From Gemmatimonadaceae bacterium (GTDB lineage Bacteria > Gemmatimonadota > Gemmatimonadetes > Gemmatimonadales > Gemmatimonadaceae): a stretch of 64,000 bases of DNA. Position numbers and translations under genes: made by a program. The stretch is from contig JBJMOW010000005.1 of NCBI GenBank assembly GCA_045803545.1, positions 480,001-544,000 of the forward strand, read 5' to 3'. Each line of letters opens with the position of its first letter. Position 1 is the stretch's first letter. Under the pieces are notes generated by a model. That model was not told the DNA's origin. It was given only the letters and a program-made list of their open reading frames with translations, and ran no database searches. Positions 10,022 to 20,055 of this stretch are shown here, piece after piece.

Positions 10022-10340
10022 ATTGCGCAGAGTTGGCTAACCAATCGGCTGCGCAATACCGTTGCATGCACGCAACACTGGGCGCCACGACCGCTGTTCT
10101 AGCGGTTTTGAGTGGCTGTCGTAAGTAGTTACGGGACATCGACTTACAAAAGGGAGATCGTCGCTAATCGCTAAATTGCTGCTACTGAAAGGGCAGGTTC
10201 CGCGCCGATCAGAAGTCGTAGCCACTTTGTTCACTCAATTGAACGGTGACAGATCGACGCTTGAAATTGGTGTCTCTTCCTCTAAGTTGTGCGCGCTGCG
10301 CTCCCCTGCGCGACAGCTATTCTTCGTCAATATTCGACGC

Positions 10341-11609
10341 GTGCGACAGCAAATTCTATTTCTATCACAGTGCCTGCCATACCCGCCCCACAGCGGCGTA
10401 ACGAATCGCACTTATCACGTCCTGCTTCAGTTGCAAAGGAGGTTCGACGTCACACTTGTGGCGTTCTCCCGTCGTAACCACCAGGCGGACCACACCGCGC
10501 GGGCAAACTCGACGTCGGCGTTGCGAGCAGAACTTTCCCGGGTGCTCGACTCAGTACCGATTGCCTCCGAATGGTCTCTCGCCAAGAAAATTCAGATTCA
10601 CTTTGAAAGCGTGATGGCGCGCAAGCCATACATTTTCTTCGACTATGCAAGCCGGCAGTTTGGTAAAGAAATCGAGACCGCGCTCCACGACAACACGTTC
10701 GACCTCGTTCATCTCGATAGTTTGGATGTATCCGGTTGGCTGCCACTGATTCCCTCAGTTCCGATAACCTGCACGCATCACAGTATCGAGTCGGAGCTCT
10801 TGCGTCTGCGCGCAACTCACATCGGTAATCGACTGTCCGCTGCGTATCTGAATCACCAGGCGAAACTGCTCGAGGCAACGGAGCGCGCACTTTGTGGTCG
10901 TTTCGCGCTCAACGTGATGACGTCGGAGCTTGATGCCACTCGGCTGCGCGCGCTCGTTCCCCGCGCAAACACAGCATCGATTCCGAACGGTGTCGATGTG
11001 AATTACTTCACGCCGACGGAATCGCAACGCGCGGTACGAGGCCGGGTGGTGTTTCTTGGGCCAACGTACATGTTCCCGAATCGGGACGGCGTAGAGTTCT
11101 TCTTGAGCAAGATCTGGCCACTCATCTTGAGTGATTTACCAAACGTCACGTTTCACTTGTTGGGGAAGAATTCCCACCGTGACAAAACGGAGTTCGAGTC
11201 GAATGCTGGGGTGACGTGTCACGGTTACGTTGATGACATTCGGCCGCACTTTGCAGCCGCGCAGTGTTCTGTCGTTCCCCTTCGCACCGGCGGTGGCACC
11301 CGGTTGAAGATTCTCGATGCCTGGGCCATGGGAAGTGCGATTGTTTCCACTTCGATCGGATGCGAGGGTCTCGCCGCTGTCGATGGTACGAACATTCTGA
11401 TCAGAGACGATCCACGTCAGTTCGCCGAAGCGGTGACGGCGGTGTTGCGAGATGGCGAGCTACGGCGACAGCTCGGCGAAAATGGCAGGAAAACCGCGGA
11501 GACGATTTACGCGTGGTCCGTCGTCGGCGACAAACTCAACGGTGCCTACAGCGCGTTGATGCGCACTGACGCTTCTGTGAATCCGAAACGTCTTGCAGTT
11601 CCTCGTTGA
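10341..11609 (+). CDS. Glycosyltransferase family 4 (PEP-CTERM/EPS-locus type)
   Basis: ILFLS..LPYPP.SG, IPNGVD, PN.DG and VVPLR.GGGTRLKILDAWA motifs. GTG 10341 is preferred over TTG 10176. Confidence 0.9.
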   Translation: MRQQILFLSQCLPYPPHSGVTNRTYHVLLQLQRRFDVTLVAFSRRNHQADHTARANSTSALRAELSRVLDSVPIASEWSLAKKIQIHFESVMARKPYIFFDYASRQFGKEIETALHDNTFDLVHLDSLDVSGWLPLIPSVPITCTHHSIESELLRLRATHIGNRLSAAYLNHQAKLLEATERALCGRFALNVMTSELDATRLRALVPRANTASIPNGVDVNYFTPTESQRAVRGRVVFLGPTYMFPNRDGVEFFLSKIWPLILSDLPNVTFHLLGKNSHRDKTEFESNAGVTCHGYVDDIRPHFAAAQCSVVPLRTGGGTRLKILDAWAMGSAIVSTSIGCEGLAAVDGTNILIRDDPRQFAEAVTAVLRDGELRRQLGENGRKTAETIYAWSVVGDKLNGAYSALMRTDASVNPKRLAVPR

Positions 11610-11873
11610 AGAATCGTCGCTGATTCGCCGACCCGGGACAGAAAAAAAACAAACCGCAACAAATGTTCTGACCGTATAGCGCGCGCATTCCAAAGGCCGT
11701 GCCAAGTGCCGCGCACGTGGCGCATTTCGTGTGTCGCACCCTACTTGGATTGAAGGCAAAAGCCGTTACAGTTCATTTGAGTAATCGTCGCCCATGTGAA
11801 GGTGAATAAGCTCACCGCACGGTGGGTGCGACAGACAAACAGTACGGCAGGATCGCAGCCTCTCTTCGAGGTG

Positions 11874-11960
11874 TCGCGACAAAGGCAAACCCGGCGAAAG
11901 CCGGCGACGCAAAGCCACGAGGCTAACGCGCAACAGCGCCATGCCAGTCGAGCCGCCGAA
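11874..11960 (+). ncRNA. c-di-GMP-I (GEMM-I) riboswitch, canonical G20 type
   Basis: G-GCAAAC-CCGGC-GAAA-GCCGG-CGACGCAAAGCC...GGCTAAC...CATGCC...GCCGCCGA matches the GEMM-I P2, tetraloop, receptor and P3 layout. It ends 26 nt before the ATG at 11987. Confidence 0.92.
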
Positions 11961-11986
11961 TCACACTACAGGGGAGGACGCATTCT

Positions 11987-13867
11987 ATGCGTACTTTTAT
12001 CCTCGCAGTGGCCGGCCTTGCTCTTAGTGTCGCTGCGTGTTCTTCATATGGCACTTCGGTCGTCGAAGTCAACAAGACTCGCGCTGCAGTGTCGTTAGTT
12101 TCCATTTCGCTTCCGCGTTCGCTGGAACAGGGCAAGACAGCTCGCGGAGTTGCGACGGTCAAAGACGCGAACGGAGCCATTCTCACCGACCGCTCAGTCT
12201 CCTGGTTCACTTCTAGCGCAGCGGTCGCGGGTGTTAACGACTCCGGCGAAGTAACAGCTGTCGCGCCAGGAACTGCCATCCTCACCGCGACGAGCGAAGG
12301 CGTGGCTGGACAAGCAACAATGTCTGTTCTCGGCGCGCCGCCAACACCAACGCCGGTTGCATCGGTTCAGGTAGCTATCGCACCCGCGTCAGTTGTGGTC
12401 GGCGCGAAAGCGCTTGCCACCGCGACGCTTCGAGACTCGAGCGGAAACACGCTTGGTGGCCGCAATGTTACTTGGCAGAGCTCGGATGCGAGAGTGGCAT
12501 CGGTCGTTGCGACTGGCGAAGTCACCGCGATTGCTGCCGGAACGGCGACAATCTCGGCGGTGAGTGAGGGCCAGACCGGCCTGGCAACATTGACAGTGTC
12601 GGTGCCCCCGCCTATTCCAGTTGCGTCCATTGCCGTCTCGCCGACGAGCGTCGCCATTGCAGTTAGTGGAACGTCGCAGTTATCGGCGACCACCCGAGAT
12701 GCCAACAACAACGTGTTGACGGGACGAACTGTGGTCTGGAGCTCCGCGAACGCGAGCATCGCCTCAGTATCGTCTTCTGGTCTAGTCTCCGCAGTCGCAG
12801 CGGGAACCGTGCAGGTTTCAGCTGCAAGCGAAGGAAAAAGCGCGTCGGCGACGATTACGGTTAACGCACCCGCGCCACCGCCAGTGTCGTCGGTTTCCGT
12901 TTCTCCGTCTTCGTCAAGCTTGCAGGTCGGCGACACGTTGCGGCTCTCAGCGGTCACCCGCGACGCCAGCGGTACGGTGCTGACGGGGCGAACGATTGCC
13001 TGGAGCACAAACAACGGTGGCGTTGCGACGGTCTCAGCTACTGGCCTCGTATCCGCTGTTGCGACCGGCACCGCTTCGGTCACGGCGACGAGCGAAGGAA
13101 AGTCTGCGTCAGCAACCATCAACGTCTCGGCTGCTGCACCACCGCCTCCGCCCCCTCCGCCACCGCCGTCGGGCATCTGGCGCTCAAACGAACCAGCTGG
13201 TCTGACGCCGATATCAGATCAACCGTTCTCGTCGATGCCGTCGAACGGTTGGCGCATGCAGAACAGTTCCTCGATCGTGGCTGACAACTCCGGCCCGCAG
13301 TCACCCGGAAGTATTCTGGATGTTCATTATGCGGTTGGTCTCGCTGGTGGTTTTGCACCGGGCCAGGCATGGGATCTCCTCCCAACGCCCGTCAACACCC
13401 TTTACTACGCCGTGTGGATGAAGTTCTCGGCAAACTGGGTGGGCCACCCGAGTCTGGTCAACAAGACTCTGTTCATTTCGCTCAACGACCAGAACCTGCT
13501 CTTCATTGCTGGTTATGGTGCTGGTAGCGATCCGCTGCTTTGCTCGATCGGGCTGCAGTCAATCCAGAATCTCGGAGTGTCGTCATTCTGGCACCCGAAT
13601 CTTGTTCCGAATGCGCATTTCACGCGCGGTCAGTGGGATCTGTTGGAGCTTGTCGTCAAATCCAACACTTCGGGCAATGCGGACGGCTCGGTCGATGTAT
13701 ACCTTAACGGCGTTCACATCACGAGTCGACCAGGGATTCAGTGGACGTCCGGCGGGTCCAACATCAACCAGGCTTCGATATCGCCGGTTTGGGGTGGCGA
13801 AGGAGCTGTGCTCGGTACCGCCATGGATCTGCAATTCGATCACGCGTACCTGAGCGGCAAGCAATAA
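11987..13867 (+). CDS. Lipoprotein: 4x Big_2 repeats, Pro10 linker, beta-jelly-roll (polysaccharide-lyase/ConA-like) domain
   Basis: GGGGAGG RBS and lipobox VAAC. Four W.SS...VA.V...G.V.A...G......SEG repeats. C domain has KFSANWVG and W...E....NT...ADG....LNG. Confidence 0.85.
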   Translation: MRTFILAVAGLALSVAACSSYGTSVVEVNKTRAAVSLVSISLPRSLEQGKTARGVATVKDANGAILTDRSVSWFTSSAAVAGVNDSGEVTAVAPGTAILTATSEGVAGQATMSVLGAPPTPTPVASVQVAIAPASVVVGAKALATATLRDSSGNTLGGRNVTWQSSDARVASVVATGEVTAIAAGTATISAVSEGQTGLATLTVSVPPPIPVASIAVSPTSVAIAVSGTSQLSATTRDANNNVLTGRTVVWSSANASIASVSSSGLVSAVAAGTVQVSAASEGKSASATITVNAPAPPPVSSVSVSPSSSSLQVGDTLRLSAVTRDASGTVLTGRTIAWSTNNGGVATVSATGLVSAVATGTASVTATSEGKSASATINVSAAAPPPPPPPPPPSGIWRSNEPAGLTPISDQPFSSMPSNGWRMQNSSSIVADNSGPQSPGSILDVHYAVGLAGGFAPGQAWDLLPTPVNTLYYAVWMKFSANWVGHPSLVNKTLFISLNDQNLLFIAGYGAGSDPLLCSIGLQSIQNLGVSSFWHPNLVPNAHFTRGQWDLLELVVKSNTSGNADGSVDVYLNGVHITSRPGIQWTSGGSNINQASISPVWGGEGAVLGTAMDLQFDHAYLSGKQ

Positions 13868-13881
13868 GATCGAGATAGTAC

Positions 13882-13920
13882 AAAAAAGAACGGCGAGCTC
13901 AGGCTCGCCGTTCTTTTTTT
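13882..13920. terminator. Bidirectional intrinsic terminator
   Basis: AAAAAAGAACGGCGAGC-TCAG-GCTCGCCGTTCTTTTTTT, lying between convergent genes. Confidence 0.93.
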
Positions 13921-13973
13921 GCTGCGCTGCAACGGACACGCGACTATCAAGAGGTGATCTTAGTTCGTGTAAG

Positions 13974-15122
13974 TCACGCAGTGAGCGGCACGCGTCGGTC
14001 AACGAGGGCACGCAAGTAGATGCTCTCGTAATGATCAGCCATCACCTCGACGGTGAACTCTTTCCGCCCGCGCGCCGCAGCGGCATCGCCAAGCGAAGAC
14101 CGCCGAGAAGGGTCTGTCAGGACACATTTCAAAGCGGTCGCCAGCTTCGAAACATCGCCTGGCGGCACCAGTAATCCATCCCGCCCGTCTACAATAGCTT
14201 CAGGAATTCCTGCTGTTGCCGACGCCACTATCGCCTTGCCTGCCACCATCGCCTCAAGGAGTGCCATCGGGAGACCTTCCCACAGCGAGGGGATGACGAA
14301 CACATCGGCGAGTGCGAGCAAATCCGGAACATCGTCGCGATTGGTCACGATATGAATGGCTTTTCCAAGGTCGTTGTCGTTCATGTAGGTCAAAAGAGAT
14401 TCGTGCTTGTCTCCTCCGCGCCCCCCAGCAATGATCAGCTTCCACGGAACGTTTACACCTTGCGCCCTCAACTGTACGAGTGCTTCCAGGAGAACGTGAT
14501 GCCCTTTGTGTTCCTCGAGTGTTCCCACCGCGAGCAGCACGCACTCGCCTGGGTGAATTCCAAACTCGGCTCCGACCTGAGAACGATCTCCAGTTTTTGC
14601 CGATACTCCGTTGGGCACGACTTCGAATTCGGTTTCCGAAACTCCAAGCTCGCGGGCAAACTGACTGCGTGTCGCGCGGGAGACCATCACCGTACAATCG
14701 GCACTGCGCATCGCCCAGCGCAGAGCGATGCGGCGGCGAAGAACTTTGCAGGCTTTGAACCCACCGTGCATCGTGATCACCTGAGGCAACCTGACGATTC
14801 GCGCGGCGGCCGCGCCGTAAACCGCCATCGTGAACTCGTGACTGTGCACAATATCGATTTTGTGATCGCGACAGACCTGCACGAGTCCACTCACACCTCG
14901 TGGGTCCAGGGCCCATCGAATGTGAAATGCCTCTGCTGACATCCCCGCTCCGCGCAGTCGCGTGCCGAGCCATCCGTTGCCGTTGGCTCGGTGCACGGGA
15001 ACAACTTCATGGCCACGATTGCGAAGCTCGTCGCAAAGGCGAAAAACCATCATCTCTGCACCGCCGGGCCCGTCGGACTCGAGCATCATTGCAATCCGCA
15101 AAGCTCTGTGCCGCATAGTCAT
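13974..15122 (-). CDS. Glycosyltransferase family 4
   Basis: GGAE, VHSH, ITMHG, HKGH and PSLWEGLPMALLEAM motifs. ATG 15122 overlaps the upstream stop (ATGA). Confidence 0.93.
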   Translation of the reverse strand: MTMRHRALRIAMMLESDGPGGAEMMVFRLCDELRNRGHEVVPVHRANGNGWLGTRLRGAGMSAEAFHIRWALDPRGVSGLVQVCRDHKIDIVHSHEFTMAVYGAAAARIVRLPQVITMHGGFKACKVLRRRIALRWAMRSADCTVMVSRATRSQFARELGVSETEFEVVPNGVSAKTGDRSQVGAEFGIHPGECVLLAVGTLEEHKGHHVLLEALVQLRAQGVNVPWKLIIAGGRGGDKHESLLTYMNDNDLGKAIHIVTNRDDVPDLLALADVFVIPSLWEGLPMALLEAMVAGKAIVASATAGIPEAIVDGRDGLLVPPGDVSKLATALKCVLTDPSRRSSLGDAAAARGRKEFTVEVMADHYESIYLRALVDRRVPLTA

Positions 15123-16321
15123 CGCAGCGCCGTTATCCACTGGAGCGTTTCGGTAGCGAACGGAGCAGGGTCGTTCCAACGCAGTATTTCCTCGTAATCC
15201 TGGGCGCGAAACATTCCGAGAACCATGTCTCCGACGACGCGACCAGCGCTGCGAGTACCCGTAGGCAGGGGGGGCGTGTGGGCTTTCCGCCGCGCTCGTC
15301 CGATGAGATGGTCGACCTGTCCCCACCACCACCTGCTACGAACGCCCAGCCCGTATTCGAGCTGCGGCGTCACCGATTCATTCAGCGCCGAGCGCACGAG
15401 GAGCGTCGGAAAATCGACACCGGCATCGATTGCTAGCTGCAACGAGCCCCACAGACGACCGTTGATTTCCATCAAATAGGTAGCGCCGGTTCGCTGATCC
15501 CGCTTGTACTCGACCATCGCCACTCCCTGCCAGCGAAAGCTTTCGAGCAGAGCGCGCGACCGCGCCGCCAGCTCAGAGTCGACCGCGACGCTCTCGCGAT
15601 AAACGCTGATTCCACCCGATGGAGGCTTTTCGCAAAGCCGCTTGTGTCCGAATTGCGCGCGCGTCTCTCCGCTCCACAGCAGCAGGAAGATCCCAATCCC
15701 CGGGCCGCTGATACGCTGTTGGAGCAGCAGTGGAAAGGACTGCGGCGAAGCTCGACTCACTTTGCGAAGGAGGTCTGCGGCGTTTGTTGCGTAGCTGACG
15801 GTAAACTTTGTCCGAGCGCCCGCATGGCCGTTCACTGAGCGCGCGGGCTTTATGACCATCGGAAATCCGACACCGTCGAGGTTGAGTGACTCGAGGTCGC
15901 CTGGTTTTTCAAGAACGTACTGCAGTGGAACCGAGATACCGAGGCGGCTTGCCTCGCTGAGGAGGCGCCGTTTGTCACTGATCGCTTCGAACTGTGACAA
16001 TTCAGGGAAAGGAATCTCCGCCGGCCTGAGTCGATCCCGAATTGGAAGCAACGCAAGAATAGCCGCCTCGCTGACTGGCAGCACCAGATCAGCCTTCTCG
16101 GCAGCTGCGAGCGCCACGAGTGAGTTTGCGAATTCAACCGGCTGTTTCAGGCAATCCGGGACGCAGTAGGATTTCGCCACGAATCGCGACGTACCCGCAA
16201 GAGAGGGCCGTGAAGAGGACACCACCACGCAACGGTACCCGGTACGTCCCAGCGAACGCACCGTCGCGAGCGCGGCACGTTGTTCACCGTCGGTAACGAT
16301 TATAGTGCGCGGTCGCGTCAT
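15119..16321 (-). CDS. ATP-grasp ligase
   Basis: VRSLGR.G, DK, FPMVIKP, LLQQRI.G, AMVEYK and LMEINGRLWGS motifs. Confidence 0.9.
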   Translation of the reverse strand: MTRPRTIIVTDGEQRAALATVRSLGRTGYRCVVVSSSRPSLAGTSRFVAKSYCVPDCLKQPVEFANSLVALAAAEKADLVLPVSEAAILALLPIRDRLRPAEIPFPELSQFEAISDKRRLLSEASRLGISVPLQYVLEKPGDLESLNLDGVGFPMVIKPARSVNGHAGARTKFTVSYATNAADLLRKVSRASPQSFPLLLQQRISGPGIGIFLLLWSGETRAQFGHKRLCEKPPSGGISVYRESVAVDSELAARSRALLESFRWQGVAMVEYKRDQRTGATYLMEINGRLWGSLQLAIDAGVDFPTLLVRSALNESVTPQLEYGLGVRSRWWWGQVDHLIGRARRKAHTPPLPTGTRSAGRVVGDMVLGMFRAQDYEEILRWNDPAPFATETLQWITALR

Positions 16322-17229
16322 CGCAGCGCACCCGTTATCCGCGCGCGAAAGCCATCGAGACTCAGCCCACCCGAAACACAGAGCCGCGGACGCGCGAACG
16401 GAGAAACGTCGGCGCTACGATGCCAACCGCCGCCGATGACGAGCGCGCCGACGTACTGTTCACGTGCGATGCGACGGACTATGGGCGAACTGAGACCGTA
16501 TGGGTACGCTAACCAGGGTAGCGCGGCTGCGCCGAAGCGCCGAGTCAACCACTCACGCGACCGACTGAGCTCCGTTTCAATCTCGTGGTCCGGGAGCCGG
16601 GCGAGATTCGGATGGGACCAAGTGTGGGATCCAACCGTAATCCCTGGATTCCGCAGCGCTGCCGCCAGCTCGGCGTCGGTGCTCGAGCGCGCGAAATGGG
16701 GTATCGTCTCGGCGGCAGTACCAATTTCCGGGGCAGTCCAACTTCGTATCGCCTCGTCCATGCCCGCGAACTCTTGTAGCGCACGTCCACGCACACCTGC
16801 GTCAAGCGCCCCGCGCGCCGCGGCGAGAGCATCCCACCAAAAGATGTGGCGATTGAGGCGACCGGGTGCGACAAAGATCGTCGCCGGCATTTTTCTTTGA
16901 ACGAGCTCCGGCACGCCGTAGTGGACGGCGCCGTGGTATGCATCGTCAAACGTGATTGCGACGAGCGGTTTCTCGTCGGGCTGCATGTCTATTTGCGAGA
17001 GAGACACGACGATTGTCTCTTTCGCCAACTCGTCCAGTTGCGCAGCAAAATCGCTCCGACTGACGAAGAGCGCGGCGTCCCCAACGGGCTGTTCGCCGTC
17101 CGGGATGATGCCGTGATAAGCCAGAATAAGAATCTTACCACGCCGTCTGTGAGCGAAGACCCGCTTTAGCCCGTTGGTTGTCAGTGCTCGTTCGGCCTTC
17201 CGCTTGAGCGCTTGCCGAATACTGGTCAT
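16318..17229 (-). CDS. Polysaccharide deacetylase (CE4/NodB)
   Basis: ILAYH, ITFDDAY, GSHTWSH and AYPYG motifs; ATGA overlaps on both sides. Confidence 0.92.
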   Translation of the reverse strand: MTSIRQALKRKAERALTTNGLKRVFAHRRRGKILILAYHGIIPDGEQPVGDAALFVSRSDFAAQLDELAKETIVVSLSQIDMQPDEKPLVAITFDDAYHGAVHYGVPELVQRKMPATIFVAPGRLNRHIFWWDALAAARGALDAGVRGRALQEFAGMDEAIRSWTAPEIGTAAETIPHFARSSTDAELAAALRNPGITVGSHTWSHPNLARLPDHEIETELSRSREWLTRRFGAAALPWLAYPYGLSSPIVRRIAREQYVGALVIGGGWHRSADVSPFARPRLCVSGGLSLDGFRARITGALR

Positions 17230-18692
17230 CGCTGGCCGTGGTCCATCCACCCGCTTGCCAGGACCGGCGAACGCGGCTGGTACCGCACGACCGATTCGCT
17301 AGACGCGCGAGTGTCGGGCATTAATGCCTCCGCGCGAAACTGCCGCGAGTGCTCTTTGAGCGCTAAGAAAACTCCGGTAATCAGAGCCGCTATGATGTAA
17401 ATCGTGTCCATCCAGGCGAACGACACGAAAAAGGCTGTGACTGCGAAACCGATTACCGCGAGCGGAATGAAAGTGGTGGCGCTGTACAATAGACGCTCGT
17501 CTTCCGTCCCATGACTCCACCACGGCGGCAGACGCCTCCGCAGACGAAGCAAGGACACGATCGAGCCGATGACCAGCGAGACCCACAGCGTGAGGCCGAC
17601 GACACCGGTCTCGGCCCCTGCCTGAACGTAGGAGTTGTGCGGAGCTTTACAGCGAATCGGCCCGGTTCTGCTGATCATGTTCAGCTTCGGCGAAATCGTG
17701 CATTCGGCGCGGGGAAAGTTGCTTATTCCAAGTCCGAAAACCGGATACGCCTTCATGTATCCGATTCCCCGCTGCACGAGTGCCTTTCGGCCGTCAATCG
17801 CGGAAAAGTTATAGTCTTCCTTCGGCCTCAGAAGCGTTTGCATTTGCTCCCAATAGCCGGGAGGCGAGGCAATGTACAAAGCAACGGCTGCTCCGACCGC
17901 GATGAGAAGTCGTCGACTGGCGGGAATGGTGCGAACGAGGAACATCGCGGCGATGCCAAACGCAAGGAATCCGAGGAAGCCCCCACGCGAGCCTGAGCGG
18001 GCGATGGTTGCACAAATGCCAGCGACGACGAGAAACAAAACCCAGCGCAGCCGCCCGCGCACCGTAGATAACAGGAGAAGCGTCAGCCCAAGACCCACGA
18101 TCAACACGACGCCGACGTCGTTGGAATCGTAGGTATAAAGGTTATTCAGGCGTGTCACGTAGCCCCCGCTCTTCGATAGCCCAAACACAAACAGCGAGAA
18201 GAACGCGAGAATTCCACACGAAATTACGTACGCCCACATGAACGTGCGCAAATCACGAGCGTTTCTTACGCTCGCGGCGAGAAGGAAACAATAGGCTACG
18301 GTCTTGGCGTACTCGGCGAGTATGAAAGACGCGGATCCGCCGAGCGAGATTCCGAAGACTGCGGATACGCACGCGAGTATGCCAAGCGACAGCACTAGCC
18401 GCATCGGCCAGTAGTTGAAAATGTTTTCGCGGGTTAAATATTTCGGTTGCAAGAACGCACACCCGATAGCCGCGACGATAAGAAGGAGCGCCGGTCGCGC
18501 CCGGGCCAAGAAATGGTAGTGCTGATGGACGCGGCTGACGTTGAGAATTGTTATTACGAACACCGCTAGCCGGAGCGGATCTTTGAGCAGCCATAACGCC
18601 GCTGTCCTGCGAGGCGCACCTGACCGGACTGGCACCGAAGCCGTAGGCGACGCCAGTGGATTATACGAAACGAATCCTGTTGCTGTACTCAT
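17226..18692 (-). CDS. O-antigen ligase / Wzy-like polymerase family membrane protein
   Basis: Many TM segments; D.ND, SGSRGG, P.FGLG..NF and APHNSYVQAGAETG motifs. Confidence 0.88.
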   Translation of the reverse strand: MSTATGFVSYNPLASPTASVPVRSGAPRRTAALWLLKDPLRLAVFVITILNVSRVHQHYHFLARARPALLLIVAAIGCAFLQPKYLTRENIFNYWPMRLVLSLGILACVSAVFGISLGGSASFILAEYAKTVAYCFLLAASVRNARDLRTFMWAYVISCGILAFFSLFVFGLSKSGGYVTRLNNLYTYDSNDVGVVLIVGLGLTLLLLSTVRGRLRWVLFLVVAGICATIARSGSRGGFLGFLAFGIAAMFLVRTIPASRRLLIAVGAAVALYIASPPGYWEQMQTLLRPKEDYNFSAIDGRKALVQRGIGYMKAYPVFGLGISNFPRAECTISPKLNMISRTGPIRCKAPHNSYVQAGAETGVVGLTLWVSLVIGSIVSLLRLRRRLPPWWSHGTEDERLLYSATTFIPLAVIGFAVTAFFVSFAWMDTIYIIAALITGVFLALKEHSRQFRAEALMPDTRASSESVVRYQPRSPVLASGWMDHGQR

Positions 18693-18843
18693 CGTCGCCG
18701 TGGTTTTGCAAGGTTGAAACCTCGGCGGCTAATGCGGAAAGAAGTGGCCTAAGTCAGTTTGAGGAAACGAGATAGAGGTCGTCGGGTTCCGGCGCGATCA
18801 CGATTGCTGCCGCGCATGTGTAGCGCCGGCGCATCACCGTCAA

Positions 18844-20055
18844 TCACGATGCACGTGCTCGATCAGAGGGGGGACCGCTTTCACCGCCTCCATTAAGCCA
18901 GCCGGCGATCCGCCGAACATCGCGCGCGTCTACCTTTGCGTGTGTGGGCACGGTAAATAACCGATCGCGGAGAAATAAAGCCCCGGGTCCGGCCCGCTCT
19001 CCGGCGAGCAGTTGCGGTTCGAGTTGCCTATGCTGCGCCAGGGTGAGTGGATATGGACGCACCGCGCCAAAGGCAGTGGCGGGCACAGCAGCACCGCAAC
19101 GATCGAGCACCGCGAGTCTCAAATACCCAGGCGCAGCGCGGGGAATGGCGCTCACCGGAACCAGGCAAGGTTGCTCGTCGCCGAGTGCGGAGAGAAGCTC
19201 GTTTGCTCGTGCGCGGCGAAGCTCGAGCGAGTGCGCTTCCATATTCAAAGCGGTGACTAGAATCGTTGCCGCGGTGCCTGGCATCGGTGCCGGCTCTCCG
19301 GCAGCTTGATACACCATTTCGCCGAGCTTGAGCGCCGGAATCGACGCGGGAATCCGGTATAGCAGCGGGTGCGATAGAGTCCATTGACCGGCGAGTGCGA
19401 CTACCTCGCGGCCACCTCGGGGAATTTGCCCGAATCCGTTACGAACTTTCGTAAGCCATGGCACGAGATCTGGACGTCGTACCAGAATCGCTCCGCCATG
19501 TCCGCCTGTAATGCCCTTCCCTCTACCGAAGCTCAACACCGAGACGTCGCCAAACGAACCGACCAAGTCGTTCCCTATTCTTCCACTGGCACCCTGCGCT
19601 GCATCTTCAATCACGGACGTCCCGTAAGTGAGCGCTTCGGCGCGCACGGCGACAATATCAGCGGGGTATCCAAAGAAGTGGACGACAACGATCGCATCTG
19701 CTCCACGTTTCAAGACCCGGCGCACAGAATCCAAGTCCGGGCTGAGTGTACTCGGATCGAGGTCATATAGGCGCACGCGCACACCAGCGCGCACCGCGGC
19801 GGCGGTCAAGTCGATGCACGCATAAGCTGGATACGCGACAATGCCTCCCGGTTTCACCAACGCTCGCAGAGCCAACACGAGTGCTGAAGTTCCGCTGTCG
19901 GTGAGGAGGCCGTCGGCCGCTCGGTAACGCCCGACCAGCGCTGCACCCAGCTGCTCGTGACATCGCCGCTGGAGTTCATCGCTGCTCGCCAGAGCGCCGA
20001 CGAGTGATCGCGGAGAAACCGGAGAAAGTACCGGCGGTTGCTGCCGCCAGGTCAC
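18844..20055 (-). CDS. DegT/DnrJ/EryC1/StrS family PLP aminotransferase
   Basis: SGTSAL, VHFFG, IEDAAQ and SFGRGK (PLP Lys) motifs. GTG 20055 overlaps the upstream stop. Confidence 0.85.
   Translation of the reverse strand: MTWRQQPPVLSPVSPRSLVGALASSDELQRRCHEQLGAALVGRYRAADGLLTDSGTSALVLALRALVKPGGIVAYPAYACIDLTAAAVRAGVRVRLYDLDPSTLSPDLDSVRRVLKRGADAIVVVHFFGYPADIVAVRAEALTYGTSVIEDAAQGASGRIGNDLVGSFGDVSVLSFGRGKGITGGHGGAILVRRPDLVPWLTKVRNGFGQIPRGGREVVALAGQWTLSHPLLYRIPASIPALKLGEMVYQAAGEPAPMPGTAATILVTALNMEAHSLELRRARANELLSALGDEQPCLVPVSAIPRAAPGYLRLAVLDRCGAAVPATAFGAVRPYPLTLAQHRQLEPQLLAGERAGPGALFLRDRLFTVPTHAKVDARDVRRIAGWLNGGGESGPPSDRARAS

Noticed and set aside
10072..10087. Minus-strand TGGCGCCCAGTGTTGC upstream of the 10021 gene
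   Set aside because: GG-to-GC spacing is 11 rather than the strict 10 nt.
11688..11706. Minus-strand TTGGCACGGCCTTTGG, a sigma-54-like element
   Set aside because: The -12 position is GG rather than GC, and it points antisense into the 3' end of the GT4 gene.
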